Shown: positions 1 through 12,619, counted from the first letter of the stretch. The stretch: DNA of 64,000 nt from Candidatus Latescibacterota bacterium (GCA_965198115.1 OZ240241.1:4544001-4608000); one strand, 5' to 3'. Notes: a model not told the origin generated them from the sequence alone. Program-made: numbers and translations.

Positions 1-2
1 CC

Positions 3-874
3 ATGGCGCGGGTTTCCGACGGGCTCTACGGTCGACTCTACGGACAGGCGAACCGCCTGATCCGATCAGACGCGTTTCCGCCCGAGCGACTGATTCATGT
101 CGAGCCCCCTCGGAATGGCATCCTGGTCGCCAATACGCGGACCCCGACTATTGCGTGCGTCTACGTAGAACACACACGCGCCGCGGACCAGTTCCTCAGA
201 CCCCTGATTCCGTTGGTCAGACGCGTGGTCCTGCAGCACGCCCACCATCTCAACGCGTGGCTCGCCACGGACCCCGCCCAGACGCTCCTCGACGCGCTCT
301 ACCTGACCGGCACACGCTACCATCTCACGCCCATCACACAGAACGAAACCCACAGGGGCACGGTCGAGCTGACCCTGAGTGACTATAGCCCAATCGTGCT
401 CGCCACCGAACTTCGACCGACACCGCCTCTTCCCGTGGGTGATGAAACAGCCCTGCTCGAACTCGTCGAACGGATGAAAATCGACCGAACCACGCATACG
501 GCCGAGTATATCCCCACAGTCGCCATAGAAACCACGCTTCCTGGTTCCGATGAATCTCTGACGTTAGACCTCCGTGAGAACACCGTCTATCTCGACCGTG
601 TCATCTGACGGCATCCGTCTCCCTGACCTGCTTTGCTCGCCTCGCCTTCGGCTACTACTCAGGACTCACCATTCGCATTAACGGTAAGCTTACCGAAGCG
701 ATCCCCACGGCCGATGGGTTCGTCGCAATCCGGCTCGATCGGGGTGAAAACATCATCGAGATCTCGGGTAGCCTGTCAACATTGCGGAAATCTCTTTGGA
801 CCGGTGTAGCCGTCTTTTTAGCCGCGCTTGCCACGTGGTTTTACCGTATGCGTCCGCCTGCAGCTTCACGTTGA
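3..874 (+). pseudogene. C-terminal part of a membrane protein (YfhO-like tail), frameshifted near 605
   Basis: ORF 3..608 continues in another frame as ...CFARLAFGYYSGLTIRINGK...GENIIEI...LWTGVAVFLAALATWFY...TGA(874), ending in a TM helix; the true start probably lies before the window. Confidence 0.45.
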
Positions 875-900
875 GTCAAGCCATCGAAAGGAGTCGTTCC

Positions 901-2349
901 TTGTCCACGCACCCCAACGTTCTGTTCATCCATAGCGACGAGCACTCTTTCCGATATCTCTCCGCCCGTTCCCGGGATCGGGGTGGCGAGCCCTGTCACA
1001 CACCCACGCTCGATGGCCTGATCGCTCGGGGAACGCATTTCGACGCGGCCTACTGTCAGATGCCCCTGTGCACACCCAGTCGAATCGCCATGTTGACTGG
1101 TCGTCATTCCCATCGGTGTGGCGCCTGGAGCAATGCATCGGTGTTGCCCCCGGAGCTTCCGACCTTCGGGTCTCATTTTCGGGAGAACGGGTTCGCCACG
1201 GCGACCGTCGGCAAAATGCATCTCGGGGGCTGCCTTCAAACAGCCGGGTTTGGCGATCGTCCCTACTGTGACTTCGGAGGACCGTGCGCTCACCAGCCCG
1301 ATCCCCTGTCGGCCGACGGCGGAATGCGCTCTCGAACGCTCGACGTTGGAGTCAGCGACGTTCCGGAGGCTCTGTTACAGGAGAACGTTGTCGCCCGAAC
1401 GGCAGTATCCTGGGCACGAGAGCAGAGACATCGCGATCCAGATCAGCCCTGGCTGCTCTACACGTCCTTCAGCCGGTCGCACTTTCCCCTCACGGCTCCT
1501 CGGCGTTTTTTTGACCGCTACTATCCCGAGGGCGTCACGCCACCCCGCGTCGGACGCACGGGTGACAGCGCGGATCATCCGATGACACTCGGTGCCGTCG
1601 CGGGATTCCAGACCGAAGCGATCGAGCCAGCGGAAGGACGAAGGGCACGCGCCGCTTACTTTGCCGCGGTCGATTGCCTGGACGAGATTCTGGGTGACTT
1701 CCTCGCAGTGATGGAGCGAGACGAGCTGCTCGAAAACACCATCGTCGTCTACACCTCAGACCACGGCGAACTCGCCGGCGAGCACGGGTTGTGGTGGAAA
1801 AACACGTGGCACGAAGGTGCCTCACGCGTTCCCCTCATCGTATCCCTGCCCGAGCACCGAAGGGGCGAACGCACCGCCCACGAGGTCACGGATCCGTCCA
1901 GTCTGGAGATCTCTTTCCAACCCTCTGCGGTCTTGCTTCGATCTCTCGGCCCGAAGGTCTCGACGGCATCGACCTTGTGCCGCGCTCGATGCACGTCCTG
2001 GCGTGATCACGGAGGCTCTGGCGCCCCGGTGGGGGGAAGGCACCGAATTCAGGATGCTGAGGACCCGGACCCACAAATACGTGGCGTTCAGAGGAAGCCA
2101 CGACCTCTGTTTCGACCTCGAGACGGATCCGGATGAGCAAAGAAGACGGGCGATGAAATGGCCGACTTACGGGACCACCTGCTGGGAGGATTCAGCTTCG
2201 ACGAGGCTGATCTGAGGAGGCAACAGGAGACAAAGGAGAGAAAGACCCGATACGCTGCCCGCTTCCAGGCTCGAACGCCCAATCAGATCGTGCTCGGAGA
2301 TGGCCGTCTCGTCGAGGCCGACTCGCCGCTCTCCACCCAGAAGTTCTGA
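901..2349 (+). pseudogene. Sulfatase (choline-sulfatase-like), three frameshifts at about 1903, 1978 and 2140
   Basis: TTG start after AGGAG; PNVLFIHSDEH, CTPSR formylglycine motif, GKMH, YTSDHGE; C-terminus split over ORFs 1791, 1817 and 2158. Confidence 0.85.
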
Positions 2350-2559
2350 GCGACGACCTGGACCGTGACCTGGATGACTGGCGCGGATCGGCGTCTTAAC
2401 AAACAGTTCCCTCGTGCAGTCCTGAGCGGAGTCGAAGGGACGAGGGCGAGCGGGCGCGTATTGTGTTTCGTAAAGAACAAGACGTTGCGCTCGTGCCTCG
2501 CACAGGCAGGTGACGCCAGCATCCGGATGCCCACGATTTTCCAGCTGGCCACCGCAGTA

Positions 2560-2940
2560 TCAAAAATCGGGCTGGGCAAATACCTTGTCAAGCTCTTCAG
2601 TCAGGCGGTCGACGCGGATGGGTTTGGCCAGCACCGACCAAACGTCCAGACCCTTCACCTGGTTCAAGACGTCCTGCTGGACATACCCGGATACGATGAT
2701 CACCGGTGTCAGAATGCCGCGGTCGCGGATGAACTTCAGGAACTGATGGCCGCGCGCCCCAGGCATGTGGATGTCGAGGAGGATGAGATCGACCTCATTT
2801 CCCTGGAGCGCCTCGATAGCCTCTCGGGCGTTGCCGGCCTGGAGACATTGATGGCCGAGGGATTCCACAATCTCGACGATCATCTCCCGGATGGGCAGGT
2901 CATTCTCTACGGATAGTATCGTATGGCCAGTGCTCGCCAT
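2560..2940 (-). CDS. Single-domain response regulator (CheY-like receiver)
   Basis: ILSVEND, LILLDIHMPG, VIIVSG, LAKP motifs. Confidence 0.9.
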   Translation of the reverse strand: MASTGHTILSVENDLPIREMIVEIVESLGHQCLQAGNAREAIEALQGNEVDLILLDIHMPGARGHQFLKFIRDRGILTPVIIVSGYVQQDVLNQVKGLDVWSVLAKPIRVDRLTEELDKVFAQPDF

Positions 2941-3130
2941 GGGTTCCTCGTGGTTCGGACGCTAGTGAAAATAGGACGAAGCGTCTCTATCGACAAGATG
3001 CCCCCTACGCCGGTCGCACGAACCCGGTTCATTTCGTGAGCGTTCTAGACCCGCGTAATCGTCGATTCCGACACGGTGCCTCCTTCTCGTGGGTTTTCGC
3101 CCGAAACCGCAAGAACGGCACGTTTCAGGA

Positions 3131-3166
3131 CAAAGAAAATACCCCCGAGAACCGACCTCGAAGGTA
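3131..3166 (-). terminator. Probable intrinsic terminator
   Basis: Minus strand TACCTTCGAG-loop-CTCGGGGGTA then TTTTCTTTG, just after the phosphatase stop. Confidence 0.5.
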
Positions 3167-3191
3167 AAATCATCCAGCGACTGACGTCGAC

Positions 3192-4106
3192 CTAAGCTTG
3201 CTTGATCACGACGAAACTGACATCATCCTCGGGTCGTGCGAAGGCCGTAAGATCCCTGCGAATCGCATCGAAAATCTCCTGCGCCGACCCGTCCTTAGTT
3301 GCCCGAAGTACGTCTTCGAGATGCGTCGGAAAGTAACCTTCTTCTCCACGGGCGTGCTCGTATAGGCCGTCGGTGTAGAGCAGCATCGTGTCACCCGACC
3401 CGATCAGATCGAGCTCGTTCACCCGATAGGGATCCTTGTAGCCGAGCACGCTGCTGTTCGTTCGTCTGTCGATGTCGTCGCCCGAGGGAAGCGTGCCGAT
3501 CGGCGGGAAGGTCCGCTGCTCAGGCACATCGACAATCCTGTCGAACCGTCTCGAAAAAATGACAGGCATGGGATGAGCGGCCGAGATGAAGCGGAAGGTC
3601 CCGTCGTCGTCGATCTCGCCATACAGCATCGTCAGGAACTTGCTCACACTGGAGGAATTGTAGAAGCGCGTGTTGAGGTTCTCGAACAGCTGCTCCGTAA
3701 CCGTCCCGTGATAATCCAGCTCGTATATCACCCCGAGCAAAAACGCCTGGTGAAGCATGGCGGCAAGGAGCGCATCCGTAATCTGGTGTCCGGACACGTC
3801 GGCGATGGCGATCCCCGCTTTGTGGCGACACCGTTCCAGCCGCCGAGCCACTTTGTCGCGACCCTCCTCCTTCGCTTGCCGGATTCTGGCATCGAGATCG
3901 TAGCGCCTGCTGAAGTCCACATACAGGATGTGATCTCCCCCTACGATCCCGTTCAGCGGTATCGTTTCGCCATAGATGTCGAGCCCAGGCAGCTTCGGGA
4001 GCTCTCCAGCCATAGGCTTGATATATTGGGCGATCTCCTGAAAATTCTCGAGCTCGCCCGTGAGTTGTCTGACGGAAGTTCGGATGTCGCCGAGGATGTC
4101 TTCCAT
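3192..4106 (-). CDS. PP2C-family Ser/Thr phosphatase (SpoIIE/RsbU-like)
   Basis: VGGD, IADVSGH, SAAHP, LLYTDGLYE, EDDVSFVVIK motifs. Confidence 0.9.
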   Translation of the reverse strand: MEDILGDIRTSVRQLTGELENFQEIAQYIKPMAGELPKLPGLDIYGETIPLNGIVGGDHILYVDFSRRYDLDARIRQAKEEGRDKVARRLERCRHKAGIAIADVSGHQITDALLAAMLHQAFLLGVIYELDYHGTVTEQLFENLNTRFYNSSSVSKFLTMLYGEIDDDGTFRFISAAHPMPVIFSRRFDRIVDVPEQRTFPPIGTLPSGDDIDRRTNSSVLGYKDPYRVNELDLIGSGDTMLLYTDGLYEHARGEEGYFPTHLEDVLRATKDGSAQEIFDAIRRDLTAFARPEDDVSFVVIKQA

Positions 4107-4216
4107 AACCCTAATTTGTTAGAAATCCTGATTGTGAACCAGAATGTATTTAAGATACGATAATATACATCGCTCCGGTAGATCGTGGATGTGAATCAGG
4201 TCACACCCCGAAAAAC

Positions 4217-5688
4217 CTACTCTCGATAAGTCGTTGCCCAATGCTCCATCCGCTGGTCTTCGTGAGCCATTCGCCATCTCAGCAACCGCTGACAGCACTC
4301 GGTCACGACCGCGTCGTGCCCCGGATCCTGAGCCAGGTTCACTATCTCATTCGGATCAGCCTGCAGATCGTAGAGGAGCGGCCGCATCGTCGAGTCCGCA
4401 AACTGGACATACTTGTGGTGTTCGTCTCGGATCACCCAGAGCAAGCACCGATCGGGATCGATCCCGTCGACCGGCCTGAAGTCTTTCTCGTAGTGAATCT
4501 CACGCCTTCCTTCCGTCGTCGCCCCCGTCAACTGCGGCCATAGACTGGCTCCCTGGACTCTATCCGGAATCTCCACGTCCAACGCATCGAGAACCGTCGG
4601 CGCGATATCGATCGACTCCACGAAAGAGGAAATCGTAACGCCACGCGTCACATCCGCCTCGGGCGCCGGGTCCCTCACGATCAGGGGCACGCGCATCGCG
4701 CCATCGTAAAAGTGCCCTTTCCCCGTCAGGTAGTGATCGCCCAGGTATTCGCCGTGGTCCGAGCTGAACACGATCGTCGTGTGCTCCCCTCCCACTGGCC
4801 GGTCTTCTTCAGCGCCTCGAACAACAGCCCGAGCGAGGTGTCCACCTCCGTAACCATCCCGTAGTAGTTCGCCTGGGTCTCACGAAGATCGCGATCCTCG
4901 ACGAGCTCAGGGCGTGCGTGAATACCTTTCAAGTACGGATGGTCGTCCGACAGTTCTCCCGAGTCTCGTGAGGGGGGCGGCATATCTCGGGGATCGTACA
5001 TATCGTGGAACGGAGCTGGACAGATTCTCGGCGGATGCGGTTTGATGTAGTTCACGTTGAGCATCCACGGCGCATCGATGTGGTCTTGGACGAAATCCAC
5101 CGCCTTGTTCGTCAAAAACCGACACTCCGAATCTTCGGCCGTATAGTGTGCCGGATACCGAAGAGGCAGGTGGTCGCCCGGACCTTCGTCGGGTACGTTC
5201 GGCGCGTGGATGGCACCGTGGCTGAGCAGCCGCTCCGCGTAGCCCCGCTCGCGCAGGAACTCGAAATACTCGGGGCTGTCGAACTCGTGGTAGACAATCG
5301 TGTCGAACCCCGGCAAGACATTGTCGTAGCTGAGGCTCCGTCTACGTGGATCGTCGTGCGGCAACGTCCGCGGATCGACGGCGTAGTCGTTGTAGCCAAG
5401 CAGGTGGGGTGCATAGCCCGCTTCACGCAGCCAGGTGGGTAGACTGTCCTCCGCATCGACCAGGGGTGTCTTGTTGTTCACGGCCCGATGCGAACACAGA
5501 TAACGCCCTGTGTAAATGCACATCCGGCTCGGGCCGCAAGGCGCCGTCTGAACGAAGCAGCGGTCGAATCGCGTACCTTCCGCTGCCAGTGCATCGAGGT
5601 TGGGGGTTCGCACGACCGGGTGGCCGGCGCAACCGAGTGCGTCCGCACGCCACTGATCCGCGATCAGAAACAGGAAATTCTTCCGCAC
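4217..5688 (-). pseudogene. Sulfatase / phosphonate monoester hydrolase-like, frameshifted by a 5-bp tandem duplication
   Basis: NFLFLIADQWR, CGPSR, IKPHPP, FSSDHGE; CTCCC duplicated at 4784-4793 breaks the frame. Confidence 0.85.
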
Positions 5689-5698
5689 GACCGTCTCC

Positions 5699-8600
5699 CT
5701 ACCGTTTGCCCCTCAAACGCTCACAGAGTTCGTGGATGATCTTGCGCAGCACTTCCGGATGGTCGGCCATCAGCTCGTAGAGGGCCTCTCGATCAAGTCC
5801 CAACAGGCGGAGGGATTCCGCCGTCACCGAGGCCGAGTGAGGGGCCGGATCCAGAGTCGTCAGCTCACCGAAGAAGTCGCGTTCGCCCAGTTCTATGAAT
5901 GTCCGGTCACCGTCGTGCACCTTGACGCTGCCCTCGACGATGATGAACATCGATCGGCCTGTCGCACCCTTCTCGTAGACGGGATCGTCGGCGTGGTACT
6001 CTTGCTCCTCCATCACCTCGGCCAACGCCGCCAGAACTTCCTCGGGCACGCCTGAAAAGAGATCGACCGACTTCAGGACGAGCACACGCTCGATGGCCAG
6101 CAACATAGGTCTACCCTCGCTCGTTTCTTCGAGATGGTCCGTTTTGTCGGCCACCCACAACGCCGTCGCCCGGACCAGCTGTTCGGGGTGGTTGAAAAAG
6201 GCCTGAGCAACCGCCGCACTGGCAGGACCACTCACGTCCTTCAAGGCGTGGAGCGCGCACGCACGCATCCACGGACTGATCCAGCGTTCTTCCTCGCTGA
6301 GGATTTCTGAAATCCGATCTTCGGCGGTGGCTTCTTCCTGTGGAAACGCGTCGCCCAGGGCTACACGGCGATCCTGCAGCCGGTCCCATTCGAGTAGGGG
6401 GAACACGAGACGACGCAAATCGCGAGAGACCGTCGTCTCGAGAACCTCGAGCGCGTAAGCCCGCTGTTGAGAAGAGCGACTCAGATTCTCCTCGGCCCTG
6501 AGGATCGTCCTGGGATCGTAGATGAACGACAAAAGAAGAAAAATCCGTCGCCGTGTCTCGTCGACTTCGTAGGCGATCGCACGAACGAGCAGCTGGCACG
6601 CCTCGAGTTCCTCGAGATCCGCGTGAACGGCAAGACGCCACGCGACATCCGCGACCTCTTGACGCAGCAGACGTCGAACGTCGACTAGGTCCGCTCCCGT
6701 CGCCTTGTAATCGCACTGATGGAGCGACGTGAGGATGGACATCCGTACGCTTCGGTCGGAGAACGCCAGGTGTTCGACCAACAGCGCCTGCGAGGCCTCC
6801 CCACCGATCCGACCGCAGATCGACGCGGATCGCATCTTGACTTGCCGACCGAACTCATCGGACGACAGCACCTCCCCGATGGGTTCGAGCGCTCGATCGC
6901 CCGCCCGAACGAGCGCCTTGGCGGCATACGGGTGGAACCGCGTCGTCTCAAGATGCTGGAGTACCTGGGGCCAGAGACGCGGACTTCGAACATCGCCCGC
7001 CGCGGCGAGCGCGGCCATACGAACATCCGAATCGCCGTCGCGCATCAGCCGAATCAGAGGGCGATAGAAAGACGTGATCCCCACATCCCCAAGCACCTGT
7101 GCCGTAAAAACACGATCGCCAGCGTCGGCCGAATTCTCCAGCTCGACCAGATGCTGACCGGCGAGGAGTACCCCGTCGATCCCCCCATACCGGAGCATGC
7201 CTGAAATCACGCCTCTGCGCACGATAGGGTCTGGATGCTCGATGTAAGGCAACACCTCGTCCAGCACATCCGACTCGCCGAGCGCACACAGTGCCCTCAA
7301 AGCAGATGCGATTACCTCATCATCGTCGTCATCTAGGATCACCTCGCGCACTTCTTCCATGAGATTGCTGAGTTGCTCGCGGCCGATCCGGTGAAGAACT
7401 TCCTTTCGCACTTCCGCGTCCGGATGCAGGAGCAGTTCGCCGTAATGATCCGCCGAACTCTCATCCTCGACCTTGTCCAGAAGATCCAGAGCGTAGATGA
7501 CTTCTCCAGGGTGCGGACTGTCAAGACGCTGCTTCAGAATCTCGATCATCGAGTCGTCGTAGATCGAAGACCCACCCTCCAGCACACGCCTGACGAGAGC
7601 CTCCGACAAAGACCCGCGATACTCGCTGTAGACCTTCTTTCCGGCGAAGATCCAGGCGACGATAACCACCACCATCAGACCGCTCAGGAAGCCCAACTCG
7701 ATGGCCTGGAAGTGAGCCAAGAGCAGCAGCACGCATCCGACCACTCCCCCGGCGATCGGCCCGACGCTCGTGTTGTTGATCAGCTGGACGGCGAGTTTCC
7801 GACGCGCGGGAAGTGGCTGATAGAGAACGAGGAATGACGGGCCGCTGAACGAGCGCAGAATCACGTGATCGAGGAACTTCGTCGCCGTCGCAGCCACGAA
7901 GTAAGTCGTCATCTCACTGTCGCGTGCCCACACGATCGTCAGAACGACCCCGCAAATAAACATCGTGATCGGTCGGACCCGCATACCGACCTTGATCCCG
8001 AAGCGGCTGATGAACCGTCCCGTCACGATGGTAATGACAAGGAAGGTCGCAGCCTGGGACACGCCTTGGTAGAGTCCGAAGAAATTCGCCAGTGCGTTCT
8101 GGTCCGCGTAACGTGATCGGGCCTGGTCGTAGAAAATGAAATCCACGAGATGATAGACCGTCATCATCAGCAACGAGAGGGCAAAGATGGAGGTCACGTA
8201 GCGGGATCGGAACAGGTCAAGAACGCGATCCGTGGTCGACTCACCCTCGTGCTCAGACGGTGTTTCCCCGCCGAACCGCTCGGCGTGGCGCCGAACGATC
8301 AGGAACGTGAGGGTCAGGTTGATCCCTAGGGCGGCGACCGACAGGAACAGGAGGTTGGGCGTGCCCAATGCGGCTACCAGAATCGGTGTAGAAACCCCGC
8401 CAAGAACGGTAGCCAGCTGCTCACCCGCCCCAATCAGGCCGAACAGACGCTTGCCCTGGCGCACATCGAACAGCCGTCCGGCCAGGTCCCAGAGCAGAAC
8501 AGCCAGCATCGCCTGGAGCAGCGGGTAGCAGGCACGCAACAGCAGGCTCGGCCAGATTCCCTGGGACGTGTCCAGGCTGATCCGGAGTCCCAAGATCATG

Positions 8601-8889
8601 ATCAGCATGGCGATGGAGGTACCGATCAAGGTGGCCGACGGTGTCCTCCGCTTGAGAAAGCGGGCGTAGGCGAGTCCGAACAGCGTCGAGACTACGGCCG
8701 CCGTGATATACATATGGGGAAGCTTGTCCGACCCGTAGGCGCTAAGAAAAGAGCGCTACTCGCCGCGTAGAACGAAACCAGGGCGATGCCCATCACGAAA
8801 GACTGGGCCCACAGCATCGCCAGACGCGGTCCCTCTACCTGTTCGATGTTCAGAGCAAGCGCCAGACGATTGGGTTCGGATTCAGGCAC
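5699..8889 (-). CDS. Npt1/Npt2-like nucleotide transporter fused to HEAT repeats and a cNMP-binding domain; frameshift near 8745
   Basis: Multi-TM N-terminus with LFDVRQGKRLFGLIG, helical repeats, C-terminal IERVLVLKSVDLF...FFGE cNMP domain; first helix is in ORF 8692..9126. Confidence 0.8.
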
Positions 8890-9143
8890 TGTATGACCTA
8901 TCACGCATCGGGAACGTGCGAATGGGGCTTTCTTCCTACCAGAACGTCGGGGCAGACTGAAATGGGTTGAAGATCCGTAACAACACGTAACATTTTGATT
9001 TTCAATCATAAGCGTGAATCTGAAGAGGGTCAACGCCACGCCCCGACGCGGAGATTTCCCTTGACTTGATGGCTGCGTAACGCAACTTTTGCTCCCTGCA
9101 TTCAACCACGAAGCCGGGGTTGCCAACCCTCAAGGAGGCCCCA

Positions 9144-9776
9144 ATGCCACTCAAGCTGGGCGACGAAATTCCGAACCTGACGGTCGAAACGACCCAGGGC
9201 ACCGTCACGCTCCACGACTACGTTGGAGACGGCTGGTGCATTCTCTTTTCCCATCCCGCCGACTACACGCCCGTCTGCACGACCGAACTCGGCACGGTCG
9301 CTAAGCTGAAATCCGAGTTCGAGAAGCGAAACGTCAAGGTCATCGGCGTGAGTGTCGATCCGCTCGAAGATCACGAAGGCTGGATTAGCGACATCAACGA
9401 AACGCAAAACACGACGATGAACTACCCCCTCATCGCCGACTCCGAGCGCAAGGTCGCCGAGGCATTCGACATGATTCATCCCAACGTCGACGACAAGGCC
9501 ACCGTCCGTTCGGTCTTCGTGATCGCGCCCGACAAGACGATCAAGCTGACCCTCACGTATCCAGCCTCCACCGGTCGCAACTTTGACGAAATCCTGCGTG
9601 TGATCGATTCACTGCAACTGACGGCAGAGCGAAAGCTCGCCACGCCTGCGAACTGGAACCCCGGTGACGATTGCATCATCGTGCCAGCCGTGTCCGACGA
9701 AGAAGCGGAAACGATGTTTCCGGGCTACAACACCGTAAGACCCTATCTTCGTTACACGCCTGATCCGACCAAGTAG
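9144..9776 (+). CDS. 1-Cys peroxiredoxin (Prx6 family)
   Basis: FSHPADYTPVCTTE, YPASTGRNFDEILRVIDSLQLT; AAGGAGG RBS. Confidence 0.95.
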   Translation: MPLKLGDEIPNLTVETTQGTVTLHDYVGDGWCILFSHPADYTPVCTTELGTVAKLKSEFEKRNVKVIGVSVDPLEDHEGWISDINETQNTTMNYPLIADSERKVAEAFDMIHPNVDDKATVRSVFVIAPDKTIKLTLTYPASTGRNFDEILRVIDSLQLTAERKLATPANWNPGDDCIIVPAVSDEEAETMFPGYNTVRPYLRYTPDPTK

Positions 9777-9794
9777 CTATACCGACCGAATATG

Positions 9795-9833
9795 AAACAG
9801 CCTGCGGGTCCTCGACTCGCAGGCTGTTTATTT
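9795..9833 (+). terminator. Intrinsic terminator
   Basis: AAACAGCCTGCG...CGCAGGCTGTTT followed by ATTT after the peroxiredoxin stop. Confidence 0.75.
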
Positions 9834-9857
9834 GTCACCTTCCGTATGGAGACACCC

Positions 9858-10856
9858 ATGGCAAAACTCGTGATCCTCTGGCCAAGTACAGAAATGACGA
9901 GTCAGAGAACGACTATGGATCCACGTGTTCCAGGGCTTCGAGAGAAAACCGTCGAACAGCTTCGCGCGTTGAGCGTCGAAGTTCGCATCGCAGAGGATGA
10001 TGACGAAGTCGTCGCCCACATCGCTGACGCGGACATCTACTACAGTCGCATCATCTCTCCCCAAGCGCTCGCGAAGGCTGGCAAGTTGAAGTGGTTCCAA
10101 TCCAGTGTGGCTGGCATGGACGGCTTCTGGTTCCCCGAGCTTCGCCAAAGTTCGATCACGATCACGAACGGGCGCGGCATCTACAGCGACGTCATTTCTG
10201 ACCACCTGTTCGGGTTCATTCTCTGCTTCGCCCGTGGCCTTCACCTGTTCGCCCGTCAGCGCAAGTGGGAGAAAAACGGGGCGCCGTTCATCCATCTCGG
10301 AGGAACCACCCTCGGGGTGGTCGGCCTCGGGGGCATCGGTCTTGCCGTGGCCGCCCGGGGTCATACATCCGACATGCGTATCGTCGGTCTCGATCCGGCG
10401 CCGAAGGGCAAACCCAACTACATCGAAAAGATCTATCCGCCCGAAGAGCTACACACCATGCTGGCCGAATGCGACTTCGTGGCGATGTGTGTTCCCCATA
10501 CGTCGGAAACAGAGCACCTGATCGATGCAGCGGCGTTTGACGCGATGAAAGACACCGCCATCATCCTCAACGTCGGACGGGGCAAGGTCATTTCGCTCGA
10601 CGCGCTCACGGCCGCTCTCGAGGCGGGTACGCTTGGCGGCGCTGGGCTCGACGTGTTCGAACAGGAACCCCTGCCCGAAGATCATCCCCTGTGGCAGATG
10701 GACAATGTCATCCTCACGCCCCACGTTGCCGGACGTTCGTCTTATCCCTACCAGGAAGCGCGACGACTCGAGCTGCTCGTCGAAAACACCAAACGGTATC
10801 TGGCCGGCGAGGATCTGGCGAACGTCGTGGACAAAGAGAAGGGCTACGTGGTGTAG
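9858..10856 (+). CDS. D-2-hydroxyacid dehydrogenase family protein
   Basis: GVVGLGGIG Rossmann motif, NVGRG, LDVFEQEP, TPHVAG. Confidence 0.92.
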   Translation: MAKLVILWPSTEMTSQRTTMDPRVPGLREKTVEQLRALSVEVRIAEDDDEVVAHIADADIYYSRIISPQALAKAGKLKWFQSSVAGMDGFWFPELRQSSITITNGRGIYSDVISDHLFGFILCFARGLHLFARQRKWEKNGAPFIHLGGTTLGVVGLGGIGLAVAARGHTSDMRIVGLDPAPKGKPNYIEKIYPPEELHTMLAECDFVAMCVPHTSETEHLIDAAAFDAMKDTAIILNVGRGKVISLDALTAALEAGTLGGAGLDVFEQEPLPEDHPLWQMDNVILTPHVAGRSSYPYQEARRLELLVENTKRYLAGEDLANVVDKEKGYVV

Positions 10857-10925
10857 TGGCCTGGCGGCCGAATGGCGGTGTTCAGTGTTCAGGGAAACCG
10901 GTGGCCAAACCTCCGGTTCACAGCC

Positions 10926-11744
10926 TCATCTGTGGTTGCTTCTGGCGTGCTCGGGTGGCAGCAAGGGAGGTTTTGGCTGGATGATCATGCGCCGTTCATC
11001 CGTAAGACGCTCGATCAGTTCGGTCGAATGCTCGTACCCGTAGCGATTGTTCGCCCAACCCGAGCCGTAGCGGTAGAGCATCATTCTACGTTCGCCGTCG
11101 TTCGTTCGGAAACCAGCGCCGTGAGCGACGCAATCGACGAACAACGCTGCATCGCCTGCCTTCAGGGGCACTTCGATTGCCCCCTCCACCGATTCCAGTG
11201 ACCCCGGTCTGTCCGCGAAGGCCGGATGGATGATGTTCGACTTGTGAGACCCCGGAATCAGCATCGTCGGTCCATCCCCCGGTCCGATATCCGTCAGTGC
11301 CAGCAGGACATTGATTTGACCACACCGGAATTCTTCGTCGTGATAGCGATATTGTGTCCGGATACGCCGCTTGTGTGCACCCGAGTGCAGCGCCAGCCCC
11401 GTCTTAGACTGTCGGACGTTGACAAACGCCTCGTCGATGAACAGCCCGTCCGTTCTCCCTACGAACCGCCGCATAAAGTCGATCCTGGATGGATGGTCGA
11501 TCATCTTTTCGAAGACGTTGCCAGCCTCGAAGATGTTTTCGATCACCAGGTTGTCGCCGGCGCTGGGTAGCGTATGCAGCGGGCCTTTCCACTCGTCTGG
11601 CCCCATCGGTAGAATGTCGTCGACAATCTCGTTCATCGCGATCAGATCGTCCTCGTCAACCGCCCCTGCGAGCACGATGTAACCCCGCAGATCGAACAGA
11701 TACTTTTCCATCTCCGATGGCACATTCGCTTCGATCGCTTTCAC
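10926..11744 (-). CDS. PhyH-family Fe(II)/2-oxoglutarate oxygenase (HSG variant)
   Basis: YLFDLRGY, LHSGAH, ALTDIGPGDGPTMLIPGSHK, distal His in DCVAHG. Confidence 0.88.
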   Translation of the reverse strand: MKAIEANVPSEMEKYLFDLRGYIVLAGAVDEDDLIAMNEIVDDILPMGPDEWKGPLHTLPSAGDNLVIENIFEAGNVFEKMIDHPSRIDFMRRFVGRTDGLFIDEAFVNVRQSKTGLALHSGAHKRRIRTQYRYHDEEFRCGQINVLLALTDIGPGDGPTMLIPGSHKSNIIHPAFADRPGSLESVEGAIEVPLKAGDAALFVDCVAHGAGFRTNDGERRMMLYRYGSGWANNRYGYEHSTELIERLTDERRMIIQPKPPLLPPEHARSNHR

Positions 11745-11755
11745 ACGTGCCTCGT

Positions 11756-12593
11756 TCAGCCCTGCTTGTCGTAGTCGAAAGCTTCGGCTTCTTCGTAGAT
11801 CGACGGCTGACCCGGCGGTGTCTTGGGCGGCAACGGCTGCACGATCTTTCGCCGCTCGGGTGTCAATCTCGCGATCAGCTCCGGTGATGGCTGATAACCG
11901 TATCGATCCCACCCCCAATGTGGTCCGTATCGGATAATGGCGATCCGTCGCTCGCCATCGTTGATTCGCTCCGCCGATCCGTGGGCACAGCAATCGACGA
12001 AACACAGCGCGTCACCCGCTTTGTAGTGCACTTCGACCGCGCCCGTCACATCTTCCAGCGACTTGTTGCCTTCGTCACTGTGAAAAGCGGGATGGATCAG
12101 GTTGGACTTGTGGCTGTTGGGTAAAATCATCGTCCCGCCATCGCCGGGACCCACATCCGTCAGCGCGAGCAGGATATTAATCTGCCCGCAACGAAACTGG
12201 TCGTTGTGAAAGCGATACTGGGTCCGGATCCTTCGCTTGTGCGCTCCCGAATGTAAACGCGTTGCGGCTCCCTTATCACGCACATCCACGAACGACTCGT
12301 CGATGAACAGTCCGTCGTCTCCACCCACGAACCGATTGATGTGGTCGATCCACGACGGGTTGTCGATGAGCCGCTCAAACGGCTCTCCCATCTCGAACAC
12401 CTGGTGAATGAATGTGTTTGGCGTTCGTAACCTTCGGCGACCGACGAACCCAACCCCGCCACTCGCCCGGGTCCATATCCGTATAGTCGTCGACGAGGGC
12501 GTTCAGCTCCACCAGATGATCCGCATCGACCGCCTCCTCGAGCATCAGATAGCCACGAAGGTCGAACAGGTATTCTTGCAATTCAGTCGGCAA
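11756..12593 (-). pseudogene. PhyH-family oxygenase (HSG variant), frameshifted by a 4-bp duplication
   Basis: TTG start after AGGAG; YLFDLRGY in ORF 12375, remainder in ORF 11756; GAAT duplicated at 12406-12413. Confidence 0.85.
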
Positions 12594-12619
12594 TGTTTCT
12601 CCTAATGAAAAACCCAGGG

